DNA from: an uncultured Bacteroidales bacterium
GTDB lineage: Bacteria; Bacteroidota; Bacteroidia; Bacteroidales; CHK158-818
Length of the DNA: 64,000 nucleotides
Assembly: GCA_949300615.1 (NCBI GenBank)
Contig: CASGEW010000003.1
Coordinates: 1,133 to 65,132 of the forward strand
Direction: 5' to 3'
The notes below the pieces were generated by a model. That model did no database searches. It was given only the letters and a program-made list of their open reading frames with translations, and was not told where the DNA came from. Position numbers and translations under genes: made by a program. Below, piece after piece: positions 24,140 to 34,244 of the stretch. Within the stretch, counting starts at the first letter, position 1, and each line of letters begins with the position of its first letter.

Positions 24140-25177
24140 TTAATGAGCTTGGGCAGATTGTAGAATCACCTCATATCCCCGTTCTATGATATCATCGATG
24201 CCGAGCAGCATATTATCGATACTCATCGACTGATAAATATCCGGTTCGATACCAAACTCGGTATGTTGTTTATCTACGCCATATACCGGACAGGCTGAAA
24301 AACGGACCGACCAGCCGTTAGGCAATTCCGAAGAGAAGGGTAGCCCACTTCCTCCGCCTGAGCGATCGCCCACGATCGTTACTTGGGGCAATTCCCGCAT
24401 AATCGAGATAAAATTGTTGGTAGCACTGAAACTGCTGCGATTGACCAACACCACTACCGGTTTCTGGTAGCGGATACCCCGATACGGCTCCAAATAGGTA
24501 GGTGTCAACGGAGAGAAATCGTTGTGTCCCGTTCCGGTCTTATGCTGGACATAACCGCTCAGAATTTTTTCGTTGGTAAACCGGGAGGCGATTTGACTGA
24601 CGGTAGTCAAGGTTCCGCCTCCATTGTCCCGTACATCGATGATCATCCCCTCGCATGAGGTAAAAAGTGCCAGTATCTCATCCAGATTCCCGTCTCCTAT
24701 CGGGTTGGAAAAACTGCCATAATAGAGATAACCGATGTTGTTGGGCATAATCTTGTAATAGATTCCCCCTACGATGTTGTACCCTCCGGGTTCCAGATAA
24801 CAACGGGTCAACAGATTGATGTCGAAATTTTGTTCATAGTCTTCAAACCATTTCCAATAACGCGCCGTATTGAAACTGGAATAGAGATTGACATGGCCGT
24901 CTTTGAGTTCAGCCAACATCTCGGCCAACACATCGAACAGCTGCTGATCACTCATGTGCGATTTTATACGGGATTTATATTGTGTATAGACCTCATCCCA
25001 GTCTATCTCCTTGTATTCAAAGAAGCAGTACCTATCGTCCAAAATTTGCCACAATGCCTCGAAATTACCCGCTGGATTATCGGCATAATCGTATTCTACA
25101 TCGCACGATGCCAACGGGAGCAACGACATCAACACGCTGCACAATAATACTCTTGTATAAACGTTCAACCGATCCAT
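24140..25177 (-). CDS. S41-family (C-terminal processing/tricorn-core-like) serine peptidase, lipoprotein
   Basis: 345 aa with lipobox LPLASC and S41 motifs IIDVRDNGGG and VLVNRSSFSATN. Confidence 0.8.
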   Translation of the reverse strand: MDRLNVYTRVLLCSVLMSLLPLASCDVEYDYADNPAGNFEALWQILDDRYCFFEYKEIDWDEVYTQYKSRIKSHMSDQQLFDVLAEMLAELKDGHVNLYSSFNTARYWKWFEDYEQNFDINLLTRCYLEPGGYNIVGGIYYKIMPNNIGYLYYGSFSNPIGDGNLDEILALFTSCEGMIIDVRDNGGGTLTTVSQIASRFTNEKILSGYVQHKTGTGHNDFSPLTPTYLEPYRGIRYQKPVVVLVNRSSFSATNNFISIMRELPQVTIVGDRSGGGSGLPFSSELPNGWSVRFSACPVYGVDKQHTEFGIEPDIYQSMSIDNMLLGIDDIIERGYEVILQSAQAH

Positions 25178-25196
25178 TCGTTCTAAGATTCAATCG

Positions 25197-26054
25197 TTAA
25201 TAATATGCACTCCATACAGGACGTTTCCGGTCGGCTATTTTCCCTTTCTTCCGCAAAGAGCTGAACTCTTTCGAGATACCGACAATAAAACTGTTGGTAT
25301 ATAGCTGCGACCGCAACTGATTTTCGCGGAAAGTATGGATATCATTGCGGTATCCAATCCGGAGAAACCAGGTATTGACCGGAATATCCACCGTCAGCAG
25401 GTTCTGCATATTGAATTGGTTGTGCAACGACCCAAAATGGACGATGCCTCCGGTATCGCCCAACGTAAATATCTCATAATAGGATTGTCCGTATTCGGGA
25501 CAAAAGAATAACCCGGCTACGGCTATCGATGCCTGGTAACGGACCGTAATGGGGAGTTTTTTTATTGTCAACCGATAGATCGCCATCCCCGAAAGTTGCA
25601 GATTGACATCTCCCTTGGCATTGGCCGGATTGTTGGAGTTATGTGCATTGTAAGCTACCCCCAACCGGGAGGCTAATTGTCCGCCTGCCAATAGTTTAAG
25701 ACTCGGCTCTGTTCCCTGAATACGGTAAAACATCCCGTAGGTATAATCGAACCAGGCCCCCCACATCACGTGGTTCCCTGCCGGATTCAGGGTGTGTTCC
25801 ATTTCGGCCGACAACAGGTGTTGCGAGGTGAGCCGATTATCGCCAAACCGGGAAACACGCATCCGTTCATGGTGGATACCGAACGCCTGCCCTCCATACT
25901 TAATGGGAGATAAATAGGTATCGTAAATCTTCCCGCCGCCTACGCTCAATACGGTAGCTGCCGTTACGGGACGTAACGGCTTGATCTCTTTTTTCTGGGC
26001 GTATCCCGTCACCGAAAACAACGCCAGCAGGATCAGGCATACATATCTTGTCAT
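25197..26054 (-). CDS. Putative outer-membrane beta-barrel protein
   Basis: 285 aa with signal ...FSVTGYAQ. It shows an alternating hydrophobic beta-strand pattern and an aromatic C-terminus (WSAYY) typical of an OMP beta-signal. Confidence 0.5.
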   Translation of the reverse strand: MTRYVCLILLALFSVTGYAQKKEIKPLRPVTAATVLSVGGGKIYDTYLSPIKYGGQAFGIHHERMRVSRFGDNRLTSQHLLSAEMEHTLNPAGNHVMWGAWFDYTYGMFYRIQGTEPSLKLLAGGQLASRLGVAYNAHNSNNPANAKGDVNLQLSGMAIYRLTIKKLPITVRYQASIAVAGLFFCPEYGQSYYEIFTLGDTGGIVHFGSLHNQFNMQNLLTVDIPVNTWFLRIGYRNDIHTFRENQLRSQLYTNSFIVGISKEFSSLRKKGKIADRKRPVWSAYY

Positions 26055-26070
26055 CTCCGTATCATAATAG

Positions 26071-28773
26071 TTAAAACAGCTTCATCTGTCCGGTAATCTC
26101 ATCTTCTATATCGCTGTTGCTTTGCTGTGTCTCTTCCTGTATCGGTTCTGTCATGCTGTTGTCCCCAGTTTCCGTATCGTCGTCATCCCCTGTCTCTTCG
26201 GGATGTCTTAACGGTTCCAGTTCGATAATAGACTCTACCGTATAGGTGGTAATGCGTTTGCCTTTTGCCTTAAAACCCTTGACGGCGATGAATTGTTCGG
26301 CATCGATAATCAACGGTTCGCGAAACGCATCGTTCCCCCCGAAGCATACTTGCAACAAAGGATATGCTTCACAACTGTACAAAATCATGGTCGATTGCGG
26401 ATTGTCTCCCAGAACGCTCTGTTTCTTAGTGGAGGGTTCCAACATAAAGCGTTTCAGGTAGGGATACCCTTGATCGGCATCGTTCAGGGCTACCGTCCAG
26501 ACTTTACGGGCATCGTACTTTTCTATCAACAGGATATCCGATTCGTAATGGTTGGTGGCATCGAACGACGAGGTATAGTATTCGCCGTTTTTAAGGAGAA
26601 CCAGCACCCTGTCATCGCTGTGGAACTCGCCCAGGAAATCGCCCCGCCCGTCGTAATTGAGACGAAGGATATCCCAATCGAACCAAACCTGACGCCCTCC
26701 CAACGTCGAGCCGCCTTTCTCTTTGAGCGATATTTTATGGATGTCATTCTTCGTTACAATGTTTCCCATCGACTGACGCCCTTTTATGGCTATGTCGCTG
26801 AAATCCTTCTCCATCCACAACGTTTTCAGACGGGGCTTGGGCTTGAAGGTTATTTTCAGCCGTTCGGCTTCCCCGTTGGGATTAGCCGAGAACCACATAA
26901 TGCGCGACCCGGGTTTCCCCTGTGTCAAGTCATACTCCTTGTCGCGTGTAACGCCTGTAACGGCAAAACGCTTGATATAACACAATCCGTCTTTCCCGTC
27001 GCGATAGATAACATTGTATATGGTACGTTTGTCGTTTTTCTTAAAAACAGCCAGATAGAGAATGTTTTTCCCTACAAACATCTTGTCGCTGACCCGTACT
27101 ACTTTATATTTTCCATCTTTATAGAAGATGATAATATCGTCAATATCCGAGCAACTGCACACAAACTCATCTTTTTTCAACCCGGTCCCGATAAAGCCCT
27201 CTTCCCTGTTGATGTAAAGTTTTTCATTGGCTTCGGCCACCTTGGTAGCCTCTATCGTATCGAAGTTCCGTATCTTGGTCAAACGGGGATAGGCTGCTCC
27301 GTATTTGTCTTTGAGGTGTTGGAACCAATCGATGGTATAGGTTACCAAATGGCTCAGGTGGTCATCAATCTGGGTAATCTGCTCTTTTATGCTGCGAATG
27401 TACTCGTCGGCCTTGTCTGAATTGAATTTGAGAATACGGGCCATTTTGATCTCCATGAGTTTGAGAATATCCTCGCGCGACACCTCTCGAACAAACTGGG
27501 CCTTGAAAGGGGCCAATCGGGAATCGACGTGCTTGACAGCCTCATCCATATTACGGCTCTGTTCAAATTGCCGGTCTTTGTAAATACGTTCTTCGATAAA
27601 TATTTTTTCCAGCGATGCAAAGAGCAGGCTCTCTTCCAGCTCCTTACGTTGAATATTAAGTTCTTGCTGCAACAGATGCAACGTATGGTCGGTATTCGAT
27701 TTGAGTACATCGCTTACGGTCAAGAAATGGGGCTTATCGTCCGAAATGACACAACAGTTGGACGAGATGTTTACTTCGCAATCGGTAAAGGCATAAAGGG
27801 CGTCTATCGTCTTATCGCTCGATGTTCCGGGTTGCAAATGCACCAAAATTTCGGCTTGGGCAGCTGTATTGTCATCTACCTTGCGAATCTTTATTTTCCC
27901 TTTTTCCTGTGCTTTCAGAATAGATTCGATAATCGAAGAGGTGGTCTTACCATAGGGAATCTCGGTAATGGCCAAAGTACGGTTGTCCCGTTTTTCGATC
28001 GTAGCACGTACCTTTACCGAACCGCCCCGCTCTCCGTCGTTATAACGGGAGACGTCGATCCATCCGCCGGTCTGGAAATCGGGATATAATGCAAACTCCT
28101 CGCCTTTCAGGTAGGCAATGGAAGCATTTATGAGCTCGTTGAAATTGTGCGGCAAGATTTTGGAAGAGAGCCCCACGGCAATCCCCTCTGCCCCCTGCAT
28201 GAGCAACAACGGGAATTTTACCGGCAAGGTTACCGGCTCTTTATTACGCCCGTCGTAGGAGAGCTTCCATTCGGTCGTCTTGGGATTGAATACCACTTCC
28301 AGTGCAAATTTTGACAAACGAGCCTCTATATAACGGGGAGCCGCCGCACTGTCGCCCGTCAGGATATTTCCCCAGTTCCCTTGCTTGTCGATAAGCAGAT
28401 CTTTTTGCCCCAACTGCACCAGCGCATCGCCGATAGAGGCATCGCCGTGGGGATGGAACTGCATGGTATGTCCCACGATGTTGGCCACCTTGTTGTAACG
28501 CCCATCGTCCAACCGTTTCATGGAGTGTAAGATACGGCGTTGAACCGGTTTGAGCCCATCGTTCAAATGCGGGACGGCCCGTTCAAGGATTACATAAGAG
28601 GCATAATCCAAGAACCAATGCTGATACATCCCTGTCAACTGATATTTCAGATCGGTTTTTCCCCCCTCCGGCAATTTGTAATTGGAATGGCTTTCCGGCT
28701 GTTGCTCGTCGGGCACCTTGTTAAATGTATCATCTTCGGTTGAAAAATCCTCCTGTTCTATATCTTCACTCAT
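26071..28773 (-). CDS. parC: DNA topoisomerase IV subunit A (GyrA/ParC family)
   Basis: 900 aa with LKPVQRRILH, FHPHGD and the catalytic-Tyr block AAAPRYIEARLS. Both termini are acidic, as in Bacteroidota ParC. Confidence 0.85.
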   Translation of the reverse strand: MSEDIEQEDFSTEDDTFNKVPDEQQPESHSNYKLPEGGKTDLKYQLTGMYQHWFLDYASYVILERAVPHLNDGLKPVQRRILHSMKRLDDGRYNKVANIVGHTMQFHPHGDASIGDALVQLGQKDLLIDKQGNWGNILTGDSAAAPRYIEARLSKFALEVVFNPKTTEWKLSYDGRNKEPVTLPVKFPLLLMQGAEGIAVGLSSKILPHNFNELINASIAYLKGEEFALYPDFQTGGWIDVSRYNDGERGGSVKVRATIEKRDNRTLAITEIPYGKTTSSIIESILKAQEKGKIKIRKVDDNTAAQAEILVHLQPGTSSDKTIDALYAFTDCEVNISSNCCVISDDKPHFLTVSDVLKSNTDHTLHLLQQELNIQRKELEESLLFASLEKIFIEERIYKDRQFEQSRNMDEAVKHVDSRLAPFKAQFVREVSREDILKLMEIKMARILKFNSDKADEYIRSIKEQITQIDDHLSHLVTYTIDWFQHLKDKYGAAYPRLTKIRNFDTIEATKVAEANEKLYINREEGFIGTGLKKDEFVCSCSDIDDIIIFYKDGKYKVVRVSDKMFVGKNILYLAVFKKNDKRTIYNVIYRDGKDGLCYIKRFAVTGVTRDKEYDLTQGKPGSRIMWFSANPNGEAERLKITFKPKPRLKTLWMEKDFSDIAIKGRQSMGNIVTKNDIHKISLKEKGGSTLGGRQVWFDWDILRLNYDGRGDFLGEFHSDDRVLVLLKNGEYYTSSFDATNHYESDILLIEKYDARKVWTVALNDADQGYPYLKRFMLEPSTKKQSVLGDNPQSTMILYSCEAYPLLQVCFGGNDAFREPLIIDAEQFIAVKGFKAKGKRITTYTVESIIELEPLRHPEETGDDDDTETGDNSMTEPIQEETQQSNSDIEDEITGQMKLF

Positions 28774-28950
28774 ATTTGAAACAACTTTTTAATTTTTTTA
28801 TCGGCATATTCGCTATATGCTTTTGCAAAAATACAAATTTAATCGAAAAAAATGATTTACTTTGCGGCTTATAAATCAGCTTCGGCGAGGATTTTAAAGC
28901 CTCACTGAAAAGCAAAACAGGAAATAACCGGAAAGTATAGTGTAATAAAT

Positions 28951-30495
28951 ATGGCACAGGAAGACGTTTTTAAGAAATTAGTATCACACAGTAAAGAGTA
29001 TGGTTTTGTTTTCCCGTCCAGCGAAATATACGATGGCCTGGCCGCCGTATATGATTACGGACAAATGGGAGTTGAACTGAAAAACAACATCAAAAAATAT
29101 TGGTGGGACAGCATGGTGCTGTTGCACGAAAATGTGGTGGGGATAGACTCGGCAATCTTTATGCATCCCACCATCTGGAAAGCATCCGGACACGTAGATG
29201 CTTTCAACGATCCGTTGATCGACAACAAAGATTCCAAGAAACGTTATCGTGCCGATGTCCTGATAGAAGAACAGATAGCCAAATACGACGAAAAGATCAA
29301 CAAAGAGGTGGAGAAAGCGGCCAAACGTTTCGGCGACTCGTTCGACGAGGCAATGTTCCGCCAAACCAACCCCCGCGTATTGGAACACGCCGCCAAACGC
29401 GAAGAGCTACATACCCGTTTCAGCAACGCTTTAAATGCAAACGATTTGGAAGAACTCCGCCAGATCATCCTGGATTACGACATCGTGTGCCCCATCAGCG
29501 GGACGAAAAACTGGACCGAAGTACGCCAGTTCAACCTGATGTTCTCTACCGAGATGGGTTCTACGGCTGACGGAGCCATGAAAGTTTACCTCCGTCCCGA
29601 AACAGCTCAGGGTATCTTTGTAAATTACCTGAACGTACAGAAAACCGGACGTATGCGCATCCCATTCGGGATTGCTCAGATCGGGAAAGCTTTCCGCAAC
29701 GAAATCGTGGCACGGCAATTCATCTTCCGGATGCGCGAATTTGAACAGATGGAGATGCAATTTTTCGTACGGCCGGGAGAAGAACTCGAATGGTTCAAAA
29801 AATGGAAAGCCATCCGCTTGAAATGGCATCAGGCACTGGGATTCCCCGCATCGAAATACCGCTATCACGACCACGAAAAGCTGGCTCACTATGCCAATGC
29901 AGCAACCGACATAGAATTTGAAATGCCTTTCGGTTTTAAAGAGGTAGAAGGAATACACTCGCGGACAAATTTCGACTTGGGAAGCCACGAAAAATATTCC
30001 GGGAAAAAATTGCAATATTTCGATCCCGAACTGAACGAATCGTACGTGCCGTATGTAATAGAAACCTCCATCGGGGTAGATCGTATGTTCCTCAGCGTAA
30101 TGGCCGGTTCTTATTGCGAGGAAGAACTCGAAGGTGGGGAAAAACGGGTTGTGATGAAATTCCCGCCACAACTGGCACCAATCAAACTGGCCGTATTGCC
30201 GTTGGTAAAAAAAGACGGCCTGCCCGAAAAAGCCCGCAGCATCATCGATGCATTGAAATTCGATTTCAAATGCCAATACGACGAAAAAGATTCTATCGGG
30301 AAACGTTACCGTCGCCAAGATGCCATCGGTACGCCGTTCTGCGTAACCGTTGACCACCAATCGCTCGAAGACGACACCGTAACGGTTCGGTTCCGGGATA
30401 CCATGGAGCAAGAACGTGTGGCGATCGCCGACCTGGCATCGATTATCGGCGAACAAGTAAGTATGAAGTCGCTATTAAAAAAAATTGCGGAATAA
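28951..30495 (+). CDS. glyQS: Glycine--tRNA ligase (dimeric class II)
   Basis: 514 aa. The N-terminus SKEYGFVFPSSEIYDGLAAVYDYG is diagnostic for GlyQS. Class II motifs and an anticodon-binding C-domain are present. Confidence 0.95.
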   Translation: MAQEDVFKKLVSHSKEYGFVFPSSEIYDGLAAVYDYGQMGVELKNNIKKYWWDSMVLLHENVVGIDSAIFMHPTIWKASGHVDAFNDPLIDNKDSKKRYRADVLIEEQIAKYDEKINKEVEKAAKRFGDSFDEAMFRQTNPRVLEHAAKREELHTRFSNALNANDLEELRQIILDYDIVCPISGTKNWTEVRQFNLMFSTEMGSTADGAMKVYLRPETAQGIFVNYLNVQKTGRMRIPFGIAQIGKAFRNEIVARQFIFRMREFEQMEMQFFVRPGEELEWFKKWKAIRLKWHQALGFPASKYRYHDHEKLAHYANAATDIEFEMPFGFKEVEGIHSRTNFDLGSHEKYSGKKLQYFDPELNESYVPYVIETSIGVDRMFLSVMAGSYCEEELEGGEKRVVMKFPPQLAPIKLAVLPLVKKDGLPEKARSIIDALKFDFKCQYDEKDSIGKRYRRQDAIGTPFCVTVDHQSLEDDTVTVRFRDTMEQERVAIADLASIIGEQVSMKSLLKKIAE

Positions 30496-30607
30496 TTTAA
30501 TCTGGATAAGCGAGTTTCAACATTTCGCACATTTATCCTCATACCCAAACCGATGGGGGACAAAAAAAAGAAAAAGTATCAATATAACAATTTAATACAT
30601 ATATTAT

Positions 30608-31150
30608 ATGAGGCATTTGCTAAGCATCATCATTTTAGGGCTGGTCATATCTTTCTTCTCCTGCTCGGACGACGACGAATGGGCCGAATTTAACGAATGG
30701 AGGAAGTTGAATCTGGCAGACTTTGTTGAAAAGACTTCCGAAGTTGTGGACGGTGAAAAAGTGTATGATATGATTATTCCCGAATGGAACAATACCGCTT
30801 ATATCTTGCGTAAACGAGGATATAAAGAGGGAACGGGTACTCAATCGCCCTATTATACCAGTACCGTGGCAGTCAATTACGTCATGTCAACCATTGATGG
30901 AGAGGTTTATCAAAGTACCGCAGATGCCGATACGGTAACAACGCTAAAAGTAAACGAACAAATTACAGGTTTGCAAATAGCATTACAATACATGAAAGTG
31001 GGAGACAGTTGTGAATTTGTCATTCCGGCAGACTTAGCCTATTCAAGTATTATCAAATACGATATGTACGGTAATTTAATCTTGCGACCCTACTCAAATC
31101 TGGTAGTCAATATCAAACTGATCGATATACCGGGATTAAACAAGGAATAA
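30608..31150 (+). CDS. FKBP-type peptidyl-prolyl isomerase-like lipoprotein
   Basis: 180 aa with lipobox FFSC. The FKBP_C-like block is VAVNYVMSTIDGEVYQS...ITGLQIALQYMKVGDSCEFVIPADLAYS. Confidence 0.65.
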   Translation: MRHLLSIIILGLVISFFSCSDDDEWAEFNEWRKLNLADFVEKTSEVVDGEKVYDMIIPEWNNTAYILRKRGYKEGTGTQSPYYTSTVAVNYVMSTIDGEVYQSTADADTVTTLKVNEQITGLQIALQYMKVGDSCEFVIPADLAYSSIIKYDMYGNLILRPYSNLVVNIKLIDIPGLNKE

Positions 31151-31173
31151 GGTCCTCGTATCCCGTAAAAAGG

Positions 31174-31216
31174 AAATGGCAGGCTGCTTATTAATTAAGC
31201 AGCCTGCCATTTTTGT
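31174..31216. terminator. Bidirectional rho-independent terminator
   Basis: A perfect 17-bp stem AAATGGCAGGCTGCTTA / TAAGCAGCCTGCCATTT flanked by A and T runs. It lies between the convergent FKBP and C40 peptidase genes. Confidence 0.8.
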
Positions 31217-31272
31217 ACCGATTTCTAACAGACCCCATATCCATACCTTGCGTACAAAACAATCAGAAAGAA

Positions 31273-32073
31273 TCATCTTTCTTTTATTCGACGTATGGAG
31301 GTCAAAGAATGGGTATAAATTGCTTGTTCTGTATAAATTCCCCGGTCATCTATACCGTCTATCCGTACACATCCCGAGGCATGGACAATTTGATGAGGGG
31401 ATAACAGGAGCCCTACATGAGAGATTCGCCCCTCCGGACGAGAAAAGAAGGCTAAATCGCCCGGCAATGCCTCCGTCAACGAGGCAACCTCCTCACCACA
31501 GAGAGCCTGCTGCCAAGCATCGCGGGGAAGAGAAACGCCATTCACACTAAAAACCAGCTGGACAAATCCCGAGCAATCTATTCCCATAAAATTCCGGCCA
31601 CCCCACAAATAGGGGGCATGGAGCAACTGACGAGCCGTACAAAGGCACTGTTCAACCGAAAACCGGCACGGGCTATCCACTTCTCCTTGTACCAACTGAT
31701 ACTGACGTTGTTCAAAGCAAAACCGCCTCTCCACTTTTTGAAAACCGACGATACGGCTACCCATAGGGAGATATAACGATCCCGCGTCTGCCCCAGTAGA
31801 GACAAAGGCGGCAAAAGCCGTCTTTACCACCGGGCTCTCCACATAGGCCATATCCATAAACGAGAGACGAGCGGGACGCACCATTTTTCGGCCTATCCAT
31901 CCCCGGTATCCGTCGGCCGACTCTATTTCAAACCATCTCTCTGTTTCAGAGATTACCCCGGCAACTTCTCCCCATAGCAACTGGCTGACCATCTCCGCCT
32001 GCTCCTGCCCTTTGGCCCGTACCGGGACAACTGGCACCCGGGATTCGACAAAAGATTGATACTCCATCGCCAT
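31273..32073 (-). CDS. NlpC/P60 (C40) cell-wall peptidase with N-terminal SH3b-like domains
   Basis: 266 aa with the catalytic Cys block GIDCSGFVQLVF and the His block GRISHVGLL. Confidence 0.8.
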   Translation of the reverse strand: MAMEYQSFVESRVPVVPVRAKGQEQAEMVSQLLWGEVAGVISETERWFEIESADGYRGWIGRKMVRPARLSFMDMAYVESPVVKTAFAAFVSTGADAGSLYLPMGSRIVGFQKVERRFCFEQRQYQLVQGEVDSPCRFSVEQCLCTARQLLHAPYLWGGRNFMGIDCSGFVQLVFSVNGVSLPRDAWQQALCGEEVASLTEALPGDLAFFSRPEGRISHVGLLLSPHQIVHASGCVRIDGIDDRGIYTEQAIYTHSLTSIRRIKER

Positions 32074-32074
32074 A

Positions 32075-33919
32075 CTATTTAAAGCGTTTGGCTATTTCTT
32101 CATTTCCCAACAACGAGAGCGTGGGCTTCCCGTCGGGAGTCAAACCCGGTTCTGCACTGGCAAACAGCGTATCTATAATCAGCTCCATGTCTGCCTCCGA
32201 CAAGACCTGACCGTAAGGGATGGCCGTAGATTCTGCCAACGACAGAGCAATGGCCTTGTGCATATCGTTCTTTACATCCAACCCTTTCTGAGTGGCTGTC
32301 TCTATCATCTGCTGAATCATGGCATTGACATCGGCGCCTTCGCTCCCTTCGGGTATAGCATTGACGGCATAGGAGAAATTTCCCATATCGGAGAGGTCAA
32401 AGCCCAGGAAGGAGATATCTTCCATGATCGACTCCAAAACAACGGCTTGGGAAGCCGGCAGATGGACAATTTCAGGGAAAAGGAGACGCTGAGGGACTCC
32501 TTGCCGACTGGATATTTGTTTGATATAACGATCGAACAAGATCCGCACGTGGGCCCGATGCTGATCGATCAACATGACACCCGATTTGACCGATGTCAAA
32601 ATATATTTACCTTTTACCTGCAAATGCTGATATCCGGTATTTATATTTTCTACCGATTCTATTTGCATCTGTTGGGGTTCTGTCTGCTCCTGTATCTGCG
32701 GAGAATCCGGGATCGCCGTAGCGGCCAACCGTTCCGGTTTCTCCCGGTTCGTCTCAAACCCTTCGTATAATTTGGCCCAGTCGAAATGCTGACGTTTGGG
32801 GGCGGATGTCGATTTAAAAGGATTGTACGACGGATTGTACGAAACTTGGGGTGGCTTTACCTCCATCCCTTTCCGCAAGGTGGGTATTTCCGGCGCATCT
32901 TCCATATCGAAATCAATGGAAGGCACGGCATTGAACTTCCCCAACGACTCTTTTACCGCAGCAAAAATAATCTGCCAGATGGGTTGTTCATTCTCAAATT
33001 TTATCTCGGTTTTAGTAGGATGGATATTGACATCAATCGTAGAAGGTTCTACTTCCAGATACAAAAAATAGTTCGGCATCTTTCCTACCGGAATCAGCTG
33101 GTCATAACTTTGCATGACTGCCTTGTGAAAATAAGGATGCCTCATGTAACGGCCGTTTACAAAAAAATATTGCAACGGGTTACGTGCCCGTGCGCTGTCC
33201 GGTTTCCCTACAAATCCGGAAACGGAAACCAACGAGGTCTGCACCTCGATGGGCAACAGTTGCTGGTTCAACCCCTTGCCAAACAGGGCTACGATGCGTT
33301 GACGCACAGACGACGGGTCCAGGTGCAAAACCAATACGTCGTTATGGTGCAATGAAAAACGTATCTGAGGATTTACCAACGCAATGCGTTCAAACTCCGT
33401 CAAGATGTTATTCATCTCCGTCTGATTCGATTTCAGGAATTTCCGACGGGCCGGCACATTGAAGAAGAGATTTTTTACCAGAAAGTTACAGCCTTGCGGA
33501 CAAGAGACCGCCTCCTGCGACTCCACCTTACATCCCGACAGGCACAAGTATGTCCCGGTTTCGTCCTCCGGACGACGGGTACGCAATTCTACCTGGGCAA
33601 TGGCGGCTATCGAGGCCAATGCTTCGCCCCGAAACCCCATCGTATGCAAGGCAAACAAATCGTCTGCCTTCCGAATTTTCGAGGTGGCATGACGCTCAAA
33701 AGCCATACGGGCATCGGTACACGACATTCCCTTGCCGTTGTCGATTACCTGTATCAGCGTTCGTCCGGCATCTTTCAGAAAAACATCTATCTGGGAGGCC
33801 CCGGCATCAATCGCATTTTCAATCAACTCCTTGATGACCGAGGCAGGACGTTGAATCACTTCGCCCGCAGCAATCTGATTGGCTACCGAATCCGGCAATA
33901 ATTGAATGATGTCTCCCAT
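32075..33919 (-). CDS. mutL: DNA mismatch repair protein MutL
   Basis: 614 aa with GHKL ATPase motifs [17 protein letters not shown] and [10 protein letters not shown], plus a C-terminal dimerisation domain. Confidence 0.95.
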   Translation of the reverse strand: MGDIIQLLPDSVANQIAAGEVIQRPASVIKELIENAIDAGASQIDVFLKDAGRTLIQVIDNGKGMSCTDARMAFERHATSKIRKADDLFALHTMGFRGEALASIAAIAQVELRTRRPEDETGTYLCLSGCKVESQEAVSCPQGCNFLVKNLFFNVPARRKFLKSNQTEMNNILTEFERIALVNPQIRFSLHHNDVLVLHLDPSSVRQRIVALFGKGLNQQLLPIEVQTSLVSVSGFVGKPDSARARNPLQYFFVNGRYMRHPYFHKAVMQSYDQLIPVGKMPNYFLYLEVEPSTIDVNIHPTKTEIKFENEQPIWQIIFAAVKESLGKFNAVPSIDFDMEDAPEIPTLRKGMEVKPPQVSYNPSYNPFKSTSAPKRQHFDWAKLYEGFETNREKPERLAATAIPDSPQIQEQTEPQQMQIESVENINTGYQHLQVKGKYILTSVKSGVMLIDQHRAHVRILFDRYIKQISSRQGVPQRLLFPEIVHLPASQAVVLESIMEDISFLGFDLSDMGNFSYAVNAIPEGSEGADVNAMIQQMIETATQKGLDVKNDMHKAIALSLAESTAIPYGQVLSEADMELIIDTLFASAEPGLTPDGKPTLSLLGNEEIAKRFK

Positions 33920-33935
33920 AAAGCTCCTTGTAAAA

Positions 33936-34241
33936 TTAAAACAACAACTGAATCCCTGTATATAAAAAACAGAACAAAAGAATCAAACAAACCAAGGCGA
34001 CTATCAATTTGATGTTCCGATCGCTATGCGATTTGCCGGGAATAGTATCCCGCGGTTTGACGTGTTTGGTCTGTTCAAAAAAAGAGCCCTTTATCTGATT
34101 CCGGTAATCGCTCTTCTCGGCCATACCCAACTCTTGCTTGATCCTCTCCACTCGTTGTTGGAGGGCCTCCTTGTCCGGATCGAAATAGATCGGCTTGTGT
34201 TCAAACTTCCGAGGTTTACGTATGTTGAAAAACAGTCCCAT
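33936..34241 (-). CDS. Small tail-anchored membrane protein, unknown function
   Basis: 101 aa with a basic, charged N-terminal 75 aa and a single C-terminal TM ([23 protein letters not shown]). It starts 3 nt after the OstA-like stop. Confidence 0.5.
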   Translation of the reverse strand: MGLFFNIRKPRKFEHKPIYFDPDKEALQQRVERIKQELGMAEKSDYRNQIKGSFFEQTKHVKPRDTIPGKSHSDRNIKLIVALVCLILLFCFLYTGIQLLF

Positions 34242-34244
34242 TGC

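Noticed and set aside
26293-27420. A 375-aa plus-strand ORF inside parC
   Set aside because: It is antisense to an unambiguous topoisomerase IV A subunit, so it is a shadow ORF.
29431-30456. A 341-aa minus-strand ORF inside glyQS
   Set aside because: It is antisense to an unambiguous glycyl-tRNA synthetase. Its sequence is Phe/Val-rich junk.
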